Below, piece by piece: positions 13,526 through 24,530 of a stretch of 48,978 nt of DNA. Every line of letters starts with the position of its first letter. Position 1 is the first letter of the stretch. The stretch comes from Octopus bimaculoides. Taxonomy: Eukaryota. The notes beneath the pieces are model-generated. The model ran no database searches and was not told where the DNA came from. It saw only the letters and a list, made by a program, of their open reading frames with translations. The stretch covers positions 27,172,848 through 27,221,825 of the forward strand of contig NC_069002.1 of NCBI RefSeq assembly GCF_001194135.2. Reading direction: 5' to 3'. The translations under genes were made by a program, and so were the position numbers.

Positions 13526-13807
13526 GTCGTTCAGTAACAGGAGAGTCCTCCTCCACCACTGCCACCATCATCATAACTGAACTTGGACATCCTTACTGCA
13601 AACTGCAAGCCTTTACATGGCTTTCATCAAGACATTCCATACGCAGTCATGTTTCTGAACACACACAAACACACACACTGCCTCTGCTATGTCAAGTGTG
13701 TGTCCACACAGACATAATGAGAGAAAAATGAGATGATAGACAGAATGAGTTGAGGAAATAAATTCTCAAGAATGCCTTCCTTCATTCTTGTAATATTGGT
13801 GTATATT

Positions 13808-14108
13808 AAGGCGGCGAGCTGGCAGAAATGTTAGCACGCTGGGTGAAATGCTTAGCGGTATTTCGTTTGTCTTTACGTTCTGAGTTCAAATTCCGCCGAG
13901 GTCGACTTTACCTTTCATCCTTTTGGGATTGATTAAATAAGTACCAGTTACGCACTGGGGTCAATATAATCGACTTAATCTGTTTGTCTGTCCTTGTTTG
14001 TCCCCTCTGAGTGTGGCCCCTTGTGAGCAGTAAAGAAATAAGAAACATTAGCACGCTGGGCAAAATGCTTAGCGGTATTTTGTCTCTCTTTACGTTCTGA
14101 GTTCAAAT
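13808..14108 (+). mobile_element. SINE family B copy with a second partial head at 14046-14108
   Basis: Best-preserved family B copy; the head segment TTAGCACGCTGGG..GAGTTCAAAT is repeated. Confidence 0.85.
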
Positions 14109-14111
14109 ATA

Positions 14112-14335
14112 TGATCCTTTAAATGGTCAGAGATTTAGGGACACCCTAATTGAGAAACTTAACAAGGAGGAGGAACTACAGCCTTGTAACATTGAAGGAA
14201 ACTGGGAGTTCCTATGGGACCACCTGCCAAGTGCCACAGATCAAATCTGAGACAGGTGCAAAGTCCCAACTAGACCTAGGATGATATGGTGGTAGAATGA
14301 TGATGCAGGTAAGGCCACAAACAACAATGAAAAAA
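14112..14335 (+). mobile_element. RTE LINE EN-RT linker fragment
   Basis: DPLNGQRFRDTL...IEGNWEFLWDHLPSATDQI*DRCKVPTRPRMIWW*ND resembles the RTE linker ending in WWN. Confidence 0.6.
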
Positions 14336-14410
14336 TTGAAAAATCTCTTTGAAACAATAAAAAATTCTGTCAAATTTCCTTCAAATCAACTCCTCCTACC
14401 TCAAGGAAAG

Positions 14411-14737
14411 TACTGGCGCTCAAAGAGTTACAACAAGTGTTCCAATTGATCTGATTAATGGAATAGCCAGCTTGTGAAATTAACATGCAAGTGGCTGAAT
14501 GCTCCACAGAGACGTGTCCTTTAATGTGGTTCTCAGGGAAGTTCAGTGTGACACATACAATGCAACAAGGCTGGTCCCTTTGAACTTACAGGTGCAGCTC
14601 ATTTTTGCTAGCTGAGTGGACTGGAGAAATGTGAAATAAAGTGTCTTGCTCAAGGACACAATGCATTGCCAGGAATCGAACTCAGGACCTTACAATTGTG
14701 AGCCAAACACCCTAACCACTAAGCCATGTGCCTTCAC
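14411..14737 (-). mobile_element. SINE family C2 (tRNA head, CCTTGAGCAAGACAC..CTCAGC..AAAAATGAG body, C-type tail)
   Basis: Minus strand reads GTGAAGGCACATGGCTTAGTGG..GAGTTCGATTCC; the 3' ~170 bp is shared with C1. Confidence 0.85.
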
Positions 14738-14816
14738 AAGGAAGAACATGAGATGACTTAGTTGTCCATAGATAACTTTTAAAAAATGGGATGGTCATGG
14801 CTGGAGTGCCATTAAG

Positions 14817-14977
14817 CTAGAGCAAAGCATCAACAACAATAATGGTAAACTGAAATAAATGATAATTACCAGAACTAGAACAATAATCTGGATAGAAATC
14901 TCCCAGAGACTTGTCTCGTTGACTTAAAATTTTCTGGAACTTTACCTTCCAACGCAGCGGATTGTATTCTGTATCTC
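14817..14977 (-). CDS. SOD-repeat protein gene, probable terminal coding exon with GPI-anchor-like signal
   Basis: ttacattttcag acceptor, phase 1. Encodes (G)DTEYNPLRWKVKFQKILSQRDKSLGDFYPDYCSSSGNYHLFQFTIIVVDALL* with TAG at 14817-14819: small residues (SSSG) then a hydrophobic tail. Confidence 0.8.
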
Positions 14978-15031
14978 CTGAAAATGTAAATTCAGTTTAA
15001 TGATTAATAAATTATCTTTGATAATTATAAA

Positions 15032-15257
15032 GTGGCAAGCTGGAAGAATCATTGGCAAGCCAAGTGAAATGCATAGCGGTAATTTGTCAGTCTTTGACTT
15101 TGCTTTTTATACTTCCGGTGGGGTTGATAAAATATGTGACATTTAATCTTTGGGGATTGATGTAATTGACTTAATCCCCTCCCTTTGTGCCAAAATTTGA
15201 AACCATTATTATCATTATTATGATTATAATTATAATTATTATTATTATTAATATTAC

Positions 15258-15326
<69 letters not shown>

Positions 15327-15578
15327 TACTATTATTATTATTATCATTATCATCATTATTAAGGTGGCAAGCTGGCAGAATCGTTAGCACGCTGGGCAAA
15401 ATGCTTAGCAGCATTTCATCATCTTTACATTTCGAGTTCAAATTCTGTCTAGCTCAACTTTGCCAGTCATCCTTTCAGGGGCCTATAGAATAAGTAATAT
15501 TTGAACCCTGGGGTTAATATAATCAACTTACTCTCATCTTCCCCAAAGTTGTTGGCCTCACGCAAGAGTTTGAAATCA
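15032..15578 (+). mobile_element. Two tandem SINE family B copies separated by (ATT)n at 15203-15360
   Basis: Heads at ~15032 (degraded) and 15361; the first ends CCAAAATTTGAAACC followed by the microsatellite. Confidence 0.75.
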
Positions 15579-15769
15579 ATCGTTACTGTAAATTCGTTAG
15601 AAGATTCTGCTTTTTCTTGCTTGTTTTTAATATATTTGAAAATACTAATATAATTAGAGTCTTGATTCATCAATAATGACTGGATTTTGATATTCTTCAA
15701 ATTAAGATGAAGAGAATACAAAATGAGCTTAACCTTTTCAAACAGCGAGTACGCTATATATTCCTAGAA

Positions 15770-15991
15770 CAGGGGTTTTCAAACTTTTTGATTTGCGGAC
15801 CCCTTTATATTTCAGGCTTTACCCTTATAAACGCTTATGAAATTTATACATAAATATTTGCTTAAAATAACATATATTTTTACATTTATTTATTTAACAT
15901 TATTTAACAAATAGGTTTATTGTCAATTAAAAGATTTCGATTAAAAAACATATATAAAATCAAATTGCGGACCACAGTTTGAAAACTCCTG
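15770..15991. mobile_element. hAT-superfamily MITE
   Basis: 16-bp TIRs CAGGGGTTTTCAAACT / AGTTTGAAAACTCCTG (15/16) and an 8-bp TSD TCCTAGAA at 15762-15769 and 15992-15999. Confidence 0.92.
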
Positions 15992-16227
15992 TCCTAGAAG
16001 ACACAAAAATGGTAGCCAAATGCTTTTGTGTTTATGAATGAAAATAATTATGCTTCTACTAATTAGTGAACTATAAATAGAAAACCATGTAACTGCCTGC
16101 TTTTGTGTCTCCCAGGAGTATAGTCAAAGAGTGTAAGCTCAACATGTTCTGAGCTGAAGTGAAGCATTGCTGTATTTTTGTCTTTTACCTTCACCGTTTA
16201 TTAGAAGAATTCAAAACTAAAACTTAC

Positions 16228-16340
16228 CCAGGAAGTACAGTTTTAATACTCGGCATTTATGTTGGATAGGCAAATGTTCAATTGATAAATGCCAGGCTTC
16301 CGTTTTTAAAGCTTTTGCTATGTCGTTAATTAAATCCACT
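16228..16340 (-). CDS. SOD-repeat protein gene, 113-bp internal exon (C-terminal domain)
   Basis: ttttctttcccag acceptor and G|GTAAGT donor. Encodes (K)VDLINDIAKALKTEAWHLSIEHLPIQHKCRVLKLYFL(G); phases 2/1 fit both neighbours. Confidence 0.85.
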
Positions 16341-16503
16341 CTGGGAAAGAAAAAGTCATTTGTTAGGAAAGTATATTTGAAATACAAGTTGAAATTTCAT
16401 TGATATTGATTGAGAAGTACAAGTGACATAAACAAAACAAATTTATAGTTATTGGAATACACACACACACACAAGTTATGTAAGTATAGACACACATACA
16501 TGT

Positions 16504-16541
<38 letters not shown>

Positions 16542-17318
16542 NNNNNNNNNNNNNNNNNNNNNNNNNNNNNNNNNNNNNNNNNNNNNNNNNNNNNNNNNNN
16601 NNNNNNNNNNNNNNNNNNNNNNNNNNNNNNNNNNNNNNNNNNNNNNNNNNNNNNNNNNNNNNNNNNNNNNNNNNNNNNNNNNNNNNNNNNNNNNNNNNNN
16701 NNNNNNNNNNNNNNNNNNNNNNNNNNNNATGCATATATGGGTACAGGACATAAAAAAAACGTTGAACACAATGAGAAATGGAAACAAAACAAAAACATAG
16801 AAAACGAACATTTTTTTCGAACAACAAAAGAAACAAACAGACAAACTAGACAGGCAACATAAAGAACATTCCCTTCATCAGTTGTCCCCATTCTCATTTC
16901 TCATTTTGTCTACGTTTTTTTGATGTCCTGTACCCATATATGCATGTATATTTTAAAACATTTATAAATTGCAATGAAAGCATATGCAGTGATTTTGGTC
17001 TCACTAACCTTCCATAGTTTGTTTCCTTTTTCCCCCCTCCCCACAATCTTGTTAAACACTAGCCACACTTATGTTGCCCACAGCAGTGTCTCCCTTAGTC
17101 GTGTGCTTGTTTGCACATACTTTTTTTATATAATTGGCACACAAAGGGAAAAAATGTGCTTACATGAAATTTTCAAAATAGTATCAAATTCTGTTAATTG
17201 AAGAAATTAATCAAATAACTGCTTAATAAATTAATCTACACACTTAGGAATGGTGTGCATTTTGTTAGGGAGCCAATATCAATATGGCATTTGAGCAAAG
17301 ATTAACTGCACGGATTGT

Positions 17319-17707
17319 GTGGAGGCGCAATGACCCAGTGGTTAGGGCAGCGGACTCGCGGTCATAGTATCGTGGTTTCGATTCCCAGACCGGGCGTTGT
17401 GAGTGTTTATTGAGCGAAAACACCTAAAGCTCCACGAGGCTCCGGCAGGGGATGGTGGCGAACCCTGCTGTACTCTTCCACCACAACTTTTTCTCTCACT
17501 CTTACTTCCTGTTTCTGTTGTGCCTGTAATTCAAGGGGTCAGCCTTGTCACACTATGTCACACTGAATATCCCTGAGAACTACGTTAAGGGTACACGTGT
17601 CTGTGGAGTGCTCAGCCACTTGCACGTTAATTTCACGAGCAGGCTGTTCCATTGATTGGATCAACTGGAACCCTCAACGTCGTAAGCAATAGAGTGCCAA
17701 CAACAAC
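17319..17707 (+). mobile_element. SINE family C1, full-length (tRNA-derived head, (CAA)n end)
   Basis: A box TGACCCAGTGG (17331-41) and B box GGTTTCGATTCCC (17374-86). Body matches 12941-13240. Confidence 0.88.
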
Positions 17708-18788
17708 CTGCATGGATGTGCTCACATTTGGCAAATGGAAAATTTGCGCACAAGTAAATTTCTACAAGGACCAACAGAGCAAGAAATTAGAGAGAACATT
17801 GGTCCACAACAATTCTAGTTGTAGTTGGAATCATTTATATTTCATCCGATTGGCCAAATTCTTCTCTTATATGAATTTGCACCAAAGAGACAATCAAACC
17901 AATAATTTCAACTCGATGCTTTGCATTGATTGAAAACTGACCAATCAACATAACTCCACAACAACCATCTTGGTGAGCCTAGTAACACCAATAAAAGACC
18001 CTGTTTAGTGGAATTTTGCCTGGAAAGAACTGCTAGCTCTGTGTGTGTGTGGTTGTTTTAACAACCGGTTTTATCAACATGCACACTCACTTTCATACTT
18101 CCTTGCTTCCATAGACAACCAGTCAAGAGAACATAACAAATCTCTGTCTCTCAACTAATCTACTCTTCAACAAAACTTCTATTTCAGAAACAATTTAGAT
18201 TAGAAATTTTGTTAATTCATTGCTACTTACATATATTGACTTTTGACTTCATTGTTCCATACAACTACACACAGCAATTATACCAAATATGAGCAATTAT
18301 GTATAACAAAGATCTTTTGTGTGAATTAATATAATTCACTGCTTGTACAGACACATGAAACCTTTGATTGCATTTTTATTATATTGCTTACGTACACAAG
18401 AAATGAAGCTCTTTGTTAGAAAAGAACATTTCGTCAACTATTGCCGTAAAACCAATCAGACTGACACATCTCGATATAATGTACTTTTTAATGAATAAAA
18501 ATGTTGTTTTACACATAGTCACCTCTCGTCAATTTCTTATTCAGAAATATCCTCCACTCAACAACTTATTTTATTTCTTTTTGTTTAACAGAGAAGCCAG
18601 CTTCAGGTTATGTCAAACTGATGATTTCTAATAAGAACGAAATGGTGCTACACATGATTGTCTATGACTAGAAATCTTTGTAATGTATATGAAAATATTA
18701 AATGTGTTTATTCTATGGTGTTCTTAAAGAGTATATTGATGATAACACGGACAAAGGGTCTAATGAAAAAATGATGACCTGAGCTGCA

Positions 18789-19554
18789 GTAAATTGGAAA
18801 GTGCTTTATGAGATAAGGGCCAAAGCAACTGAGATTTCTTGGTCATGTGATGAGGAAAGAGGGCCCAAAGAGAGTTTAGTGATGACTGGAAAGAAAAAAA
18901 AGAAATGAAGCAGAGGAAGAAGAAAGATGATCTGGTTGTCAAGCTTGAGGAAATGGTTGGAAGAAAGAGACATTAAACATCAGGAATTGGAAACTGTCAC
19001 AGAAAATAAAGAACAGAGAATTGTTGCAGGACATGACAGAAATTGTTTTGTGAGGTAAGGGCCAAAGCAACTGAGAGAGCCTGGAGAATTTAGTGATGAC
19101 TGGAAAGTGGGCCTGGAGAACTTAGTGATGACCGGAAAGATTGAAAGGAAAGGAAATAGAGGAAGGGGAGGGATGAACTTGAAGGGTCAAGCTTGAATTG
19201 GTTGGGAGAAAGAAGGATTAAATATTAGAAAGTGGAAAGGGTACAGAAGACAAAGAACAGAGAATTGTGGCAGGACCTGATAGAAACTGCTTTGTGAGAT
19301 AAGGGCCAAACAACAGAAATATCTTGGTTATGTGATGAGGAAAGCGGGCCTGGAGAATTTAGTGATGAGCGGAAAGATTGAAAAGAAAAGAAACGGTAGA
19401 AGGAGAAGGGTGATATGGATGTCAAGCCTGATGAACTGGTTAGAAGAAAGAGGCATTAAACATCAGGAATTGGAAACTGTTACAGAAAATTAAGAACAGA
19501 GAATTGTAGCAGGACATGATCGCTAATCTCCTACACTCTGGACATGGCACCTAA
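18789..19554 (+). mobile_element. RTE (BovB-like) LINE 3' ORF end, as three tandem ~245-bp copies
   Basis: Decayed translation IRAKQLRFLGHVMRKEG..LVMTGK...RELWQDMIANLLHSGHGT*. Units restart near 18789, 19037 and 19281. Confidence 0.85.
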
Positions 19555-19821
19555 CATTCTATACATATTATTCCTTTGTCTTTGATTTAATATTCAAGCT
19601 TTTAATCCTGCCAAGATTTACCTCGAAATCATTATCTCCCTTACGATAACTGGCCACCAGGGTGCACCACATAATGGATAGAAAGCATTTCTTTTTCCTT
19701 TGGATTAAGGTTAAACTATATATAAACACTTCACTGCTGACATAATTCTGGTTATTAAGCTAACATTTTCATAACTTATAAAAATAAACAAAGATAAAAG
19801 GTGATATATTTGTATAATTAC

Positions 19822-19948
19822 TTGTCAAATGGTTTAGTTCTCCAGTATGACATTTCAACATAGGGTTGCTTCAGAGGGTTGATATCTGCACATGTCATCA
19901 TTTTTTCTCCTTGATTTTCTGAGAAGAACACGAATGATCGGCCATAAA
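19822..19948 (-). CDS. SOD-repeat protein gene, 127-bp internal exon
   Basis: gtgtttttctag acceptor and AA|GTAATT donor. Encodes (V)YGRSFVFFSENQGEKMMTCADINPLKQPYVEMSYWRTKPFD(K), phase 1 in and phase 2 out. Completes LPLFGEWS-VYGRSFVF. Confidence 0.92.
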
Positions 19949-20357
19949 CTAGAAAAACACAAACAAAACAAAATAGATTACAATTAAAAATGATTCATGA
20001 AACAACATTCTTTTGATGATTAGAATATAAACAGTTTATATAGTACAACATCAAAATCACTGTATGGTGGACACATCAGCCTTTTAAACACACACACACA
20101 CTGTTGTTGTTTTTGTTATTGTTTAGCCCCATGAGGGCCCTGATTGAGCAGACTTATGATCAATGACATTCCAGTTATCGCCATCACATCTATATTTCAA
20201 GTGTTAGAGTACTTTCGATAACATTATCCAATTGTGTTTTTCTTAGGGTTGTAGGGTATGATTTGAGTGAAATTTGGCTCCTATTTCTAACATGTCTATC
20301 AACCACTCATGGATGTGCACCTAGATTCATGTATATTCTTTTGGTCATACACTAATC

Positions 20358-20448
20358 ATGCAGAATTTGAACTCAGAACATAAGGACGGATGAAATGCCG
20401 CCAAGCATTTTGCCCATTATGCTAACAATTCTGCCAGCTTGTTGCCTT
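20358..20448 (-). mobile_element. SINE family B head fragment
   Basis: GAATTTGAACTCAGAAC..CTAACAATTCTGCCAGCT..GCCTT. Confidence 0.7.
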
Positions 20449-20462
20449 AATGACGCCGATGA

Positions 20463-21246
20463 TGATGATCATCATCATCATTTAACGTCCATTTTGTATG
20501 CTGGTATGGGTTGGATGGTTTGACCAGGGCTGGCATGCTGGAAGGCTACACCAGACTCCAGTCTGATTTGACATGGTTTCTATGGCTGGATGCCTTATCT
20601 AACACCAACCACTCCAAGATTGTTATGGGTGCTTTCACCCATTACATCCAAGGGCATAGGTGCCATTTGCATGACACTGGTATCTGCTACAACTGCGATT
20701 TTGCTTGGCTTGATGGGTCATCTTCTCAAGCATGACATAATGCCAAAGGCCTTGGTCATTGCTTCCATGAGGCCTAGCACTTGAAAAGTGCCTCAAAATC
20801 ACAGTCATTGCCTCCACGAGGCCCAATGCTCGAAAGGAGTTGAGCCATATTGCTTCTATTAGGCCCAATGCTTGAAAGGTGCTTTTAACGTGCCACCAGC
20901 ATCTGATACGATTGCAATTTCATGTGGTTTGATGGGTCTTCTCAAGCACAGCATATCACCAAATGTATTGGTCACTAGTCATTGCCTCTATGAGGCCCAA
21001 AGCTCTAAAAACATGCTTCACCACCTTGTCCTATGTCTTCCTGGGTCTATCTCTACCACAAGTTACCTCCACAGTTAGAGACTGGCACTTCTTTACACAG
21101 CTGTCCTCATCCATATGCACCACATGACCATACCAGTGCAGTCGTCTCTCTTGCACACCACATCTGATGCCAAACTTTTATCTCAAGATACTTACACTCT
21201 GTCGAGCATTCACACTGACATTACACATCTAGCGAATCATGCTGGC
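20463..21246 (-). mobile_element. RTE LINE 3' fragment (ORF end, repetitive 3' UTR, (GAT)n tail)
   Basis: Minus strand ASMIR*MCNVSV..RQS..GIRCGVQERRLHWYGHVVHMDEDSCVKKC...GRDRPRKT. The UTR ends in the same GGTTGG..TTAGGAAGGGCATC..CCAACCCATGCCAGCATGGAA..(GAT)n module seen at 23.7 kb and 39.4 kb. Confidence 0.85.
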
Positions 21247-21248
21247 TT

Positions 21249-21288
<40 letters not shown>

Positions 21289-21290
21289 GG

Positions 21291-21328
<38 letters not shown>

Positions 21329-21515
21329 AATGATAATAATAATAATAATAATAGTTTCTAATTTAGGTAGAAGGTCATAAATTTGTGAGAGAAAGTTAGT
21401 TAATGCAATCAGCTCCATTACTTGATACAGAAATCAATACAGCAGGATATCAATTCTATTTTTTTTTTTTTTTAATGAGACAGCTGACTTAAAGGAATTT
21501 GTTTGGGATACTTGC

Positions 21516-21657
21516 CTGACCATTCTCCAAAAAGTGGTAGATTCTTATCAACATAGAAGAAACCATTTTCTCCAAGATTGTAAGTTTCATGTTTAGCTGA
21601 TAAATCACCAACAGCACATCTTTCTTGATTGCTAACATCACATTCACCATAACCATT
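21516..21657 (-). CDS. SOD-repeat protein gene, 142-bp internal exon with GC donor
   Basis: ttctttctctttcag acceptor. Encodes NGYGECDVSNQERCAVGDLSAKHETYNLGENGFFYVDKNLPLFGEWS and ends at CAG|GCAAGT; phase 0 in, phase 1 out. Confidence 0.9.
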
Positions 21658-22408
21658 CTGAAAGAGAAAGAAATCAATAGGTTATTTATACTCTATCAGT
21701 GGAAGGGATCCTTATATATATCTAATATATTTCATTTTAACAGCCAAGGGAAATAACCCATTCATTTTCCTAGATCATTTGGTATGAATCAAATTGAGTA
21801 TGTTATGTTTATTAGTATTTGAACTGTTAGAGTTATTTTCACAATTTATCCAGTACAATCCTTAAACAAGTAAATAGTATTCTCCTAAACAATAGATCCA
21901 CTTATTTCGGTTAGTGAGTTATTCGCGAATATACCAACACAAGGGCTGCTGATGGTAATATTCTCTGGGAATGCATAAAAGCCCTTTTCAGAGTTAATTA
22001 CTTTGAATTGTTATTATCTCATATCTGATTAGCCTGTTATTATGCAACATGCTTCACGATTTTAGTATACATACCTTATTAGTATTTCCTCCTATGTTCT
22101 ATATACTCTGGGGACGCATTAAAGCCCTTTTCAGGGCTACTTTATTTGAATTCTTACTAAAGGGTAATTAATTTCATGTTATTACATAACTGATGTCACA
22201 ATTTAGGTATTCATAATTTATTGGGAATTCCTAAAATCAAAATCCTGTGTAAGACAGTTTGGTATTCTCAATAAATGCACGAAAACCGTTTTAAGGGCTA
22301 CATACTTTGTATTGCTGTTATTGGATTAGCGAAACAATTATGACAATGGAACCAAGGGATAAGCCCCGCTTTCCCGGGAATTACCAGGTACATCAGCTAG
22401 TATATATA

Positions 22409-22638
22409 TTGGGTTGTCCGGAAAGTTCATGCCGATTTTTAAAGGAAAAAAAAAAAGGTCAATAAATACTTGCCATTACATTTTTAATCAACCAAATATG
22501 AACCATTTTGTTGCACAATGCATCTCCATCTTTCCTTTAACTTGAAAATACTCTTTTCCCAGAATTGAGGTGGTTTCATGGCAAATAAGTCGAAAGGTAA
22601 GCTACTATAAATCGGCATGAACTTTGCGGACAACCCAA
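22409..22638 (-). mobile_element. mariner deletion derivative (MITE)
   Basis: 30-bp TIRs TTGGGTTGTCCGGAAAGTTCATGCCGATTT / AAATCGGCATGAACTTTGCGGACAACCCAA with TA on the left. The internal remnant reads FWEKSIFKLKERWRCIVQQNGSYLVD* (mariner transposase C-terminus). Confidence 0.9.
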
Positions 22639-22670
22639 GTAGAAGAGTTCAGGTGTTTTATGTTCTATTT

Positions 22671-22960
22671 TGGTGTTTCTCAACCCTTTTGTTACCTATG
22701 GACCCCTTTGATTCTTATTTTACTCAAACGGACCTTCTTAGCCATTTGATGTTTAAAAGACCCTATTATGTTTATATAATTAAATTTTATTAGGAATTGT
22801 ATAAAAAATTTTTTTTATATTTTGTGTATAGAAGAAGTATAACCAATTCATTGCACATAAATTTTAACAAAATCTTATATAAACCCCCTAAATTCATATG
22901 GAGCCTCAAAAGTTTGTATGGATCTTCAAGGGCAATAAAGACCCTGGTTGAGAACCACCA
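22671..22960. mobile_element. hAT-superfamily MITE
   Basis: TIRs TGGTGTTTCTCAACC / GGTTGAGAACCACCA (14/15) and an 8-bp TSD TTCTATTT at 22663-22670 and 22961-22968. Confidence 0.88.
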
Positions 22961-23040
22961 TTCTATTTATTCAAATGTTTGAATGGAAGGGTACTAAAAT
23001 ATTAAGTTTAGAAGCCCTAAAATTCACTCTATAATTGTCC

Positions 23041-23245
23041 ATGGGCATACAACATAATGGTTAAGAGTGCAGGTTACTAACCCCAAGATTCCAAGTTCAA
23101 TTCCAGGCAGTGCCATGAATAAATAATAATGGGTTGGGTTCAAAATTCCACCAGGACACCTGAAGAAGGCTGGAGAGTAAATCAGCCAAAATCTTGTGGT
23201 AACAACAAACAAGATGAGGACAATGTAAATAATGTAAATAATGTT
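23041..23245 (+). mobile_element. tRNA-headed SINE-like element with a Penelope-type hammerhead-like tail
   Basis: Decayed A box ..CATAATGGTTAAG and B box AGTTCAATTCC, an AAT spacer, then GACAC-CTGAAGA-A-GGCTG..CAGCC-AAAAT and an (AATGTAAAT)2 end. Confidence 0.6.
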
Positions 23246-23609
23246 GAATAGAATTGCTTTCATATTTTCACTCCATGAATTTCCAAAGCTTGGTTCAGCT
23301 AAGACTAATAGAGAGTGGGTCCCATAATTTAGATAGGTAAGCTAACTGACCATTCTATGTTCATATTTCTCCTGACGGACCTTTAACCCAACCACTCACT
23401 TTTCACATTTTCAAATTAAATCAAGGTCTCACAAAACATCATTAAAAATACATCAAAAATTGTGGGACGGCCCTCAACTCTTCTTTAATCTCATCATGGA
23501 AACAAAGGTAACCTAAAGCATTTGCTATGTAAATACAGCAAAATATAAAAGATATGTCCTTGCATATAAGCTTGTCCCTTGCATCCCTTTCCAGTTGAGT
23601 ATTCCTAAT

Positions 23610-23900
23610 CTTGTGGGATCATGGGTGCTAGTGCTATGTAAAAAAGCACCCATACCAGTGCCACGTAAATGCAACCATGCCGGTGCTGCTTAAAAGCACC
23701 CAGTACACTCTATAAAGTGGTTGGCATTAGGAAGGGCACCCAGCCAAAGAAATTACACAAAAACAGACATGAAGCTTGGGCAGCTCTTCAAATAGACCCA
23801 CTACATGTCAAACCATCCAACCCATACCAGCATGGAAAATGGACACTAAATGATGAGGATGATGATGATGATGAGGAGGAGGATGACGATGGTGATGATT
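23610..23900 (+). mobile_element. Non-autonomous element or LINE remnant with the RTE 3' UTR module and (GAT)n tail
   Basis: Same 3' module as 20463-20630 and 39410-39590, preceded by short GCACCCAT/GTGCC..GTAAA repeats. Confidence 0.7.
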
Positions 23901-23918
23901 AACTTAACACTTTCTTAC

Positions 23919-24137
23919 GTTGGTATTGACATCAAATGGGTTATACAGTTTTCCGACGCGACTACACGCCCTCTGTACAGCTTCTTCAGTGTTTGCCCTC
24001 CATTCGTCCTCCATCTGATTCTGCCTGTTGTTGTGGCCCTCACCAGAATCCATTGTGTTATAAGCTTTGGTGTCATTGTCATTGAACTGCTGTTCCCATA
24101 TTGGATTGGAAAAGATCTTCCATTCGTGATTGTTGGT
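23919..24137 (-). CDS. SOD-repeat protein gene, 219-bp internal exon
   Basis: ttctttttag acceptor and AAC|GTAAGA donor, phase 0/0. Encodes TNNHEWKIFSNPIWEQ...QRACSRVGKLYNPFDVNTN (HxWxI and C..xG..YNPF motifs). Confidence 0.9.
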
Positions 24138-24254
24138 CTAAAAAGAATTTTATAAATTCATAAAGAACATTTCAATAGAATCAGTGGAACGCACTTCGTT
24201 TAGGACATTCATTTGGCAATAAATAAAGAAATCATTCAATGAATAAATCAGTAA

Positions 24255-24260
24255 ATAAAT

Positions 24261-24300
<40 letters not shown>

Positions 24301-24530
24301 AAAAGAAAGAAAGAAAGAAAGAAAGAAAAAGAAAGAAAGAAAAAGAAAGAAAGAAAAAGAAAGAAAGAAAAAGAAAGAAAGAAAGAAAGAAAGAAAGGAA
24401 GGAAGGAGGGAAGAAGGGAACAAAGGAAGGAACAAAGGAAGGAACGAAGGAAGGAAAGAAAGGAAGACTAGGAAATAAATAAGAAAAAGAAAGGAAGGAA
24501 GGAAGGAAAGGAAAGGAAGAATAAGAAATA
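24255..24530. repeat. Compound (GAAA)n/(GGAA)n microsatellite
   Basis: Seen directly in the sequence. Confidence 0.95.

Noticed and set aside
15049-15441. Poly-Asn/poly-Ile ORFs, and similar ones at 5255-5455, 21221-21418, 24232-24624, 26156-26590 and 39771-40254
   Set aside because: These are translations of simple repeats with no splice or homology support.
17319-17395. tRNA gene call for SINE heads
   Set aside because: A and B boxes are present but there is no complete cloverleaf, and the heads run directly into SINE bodies.
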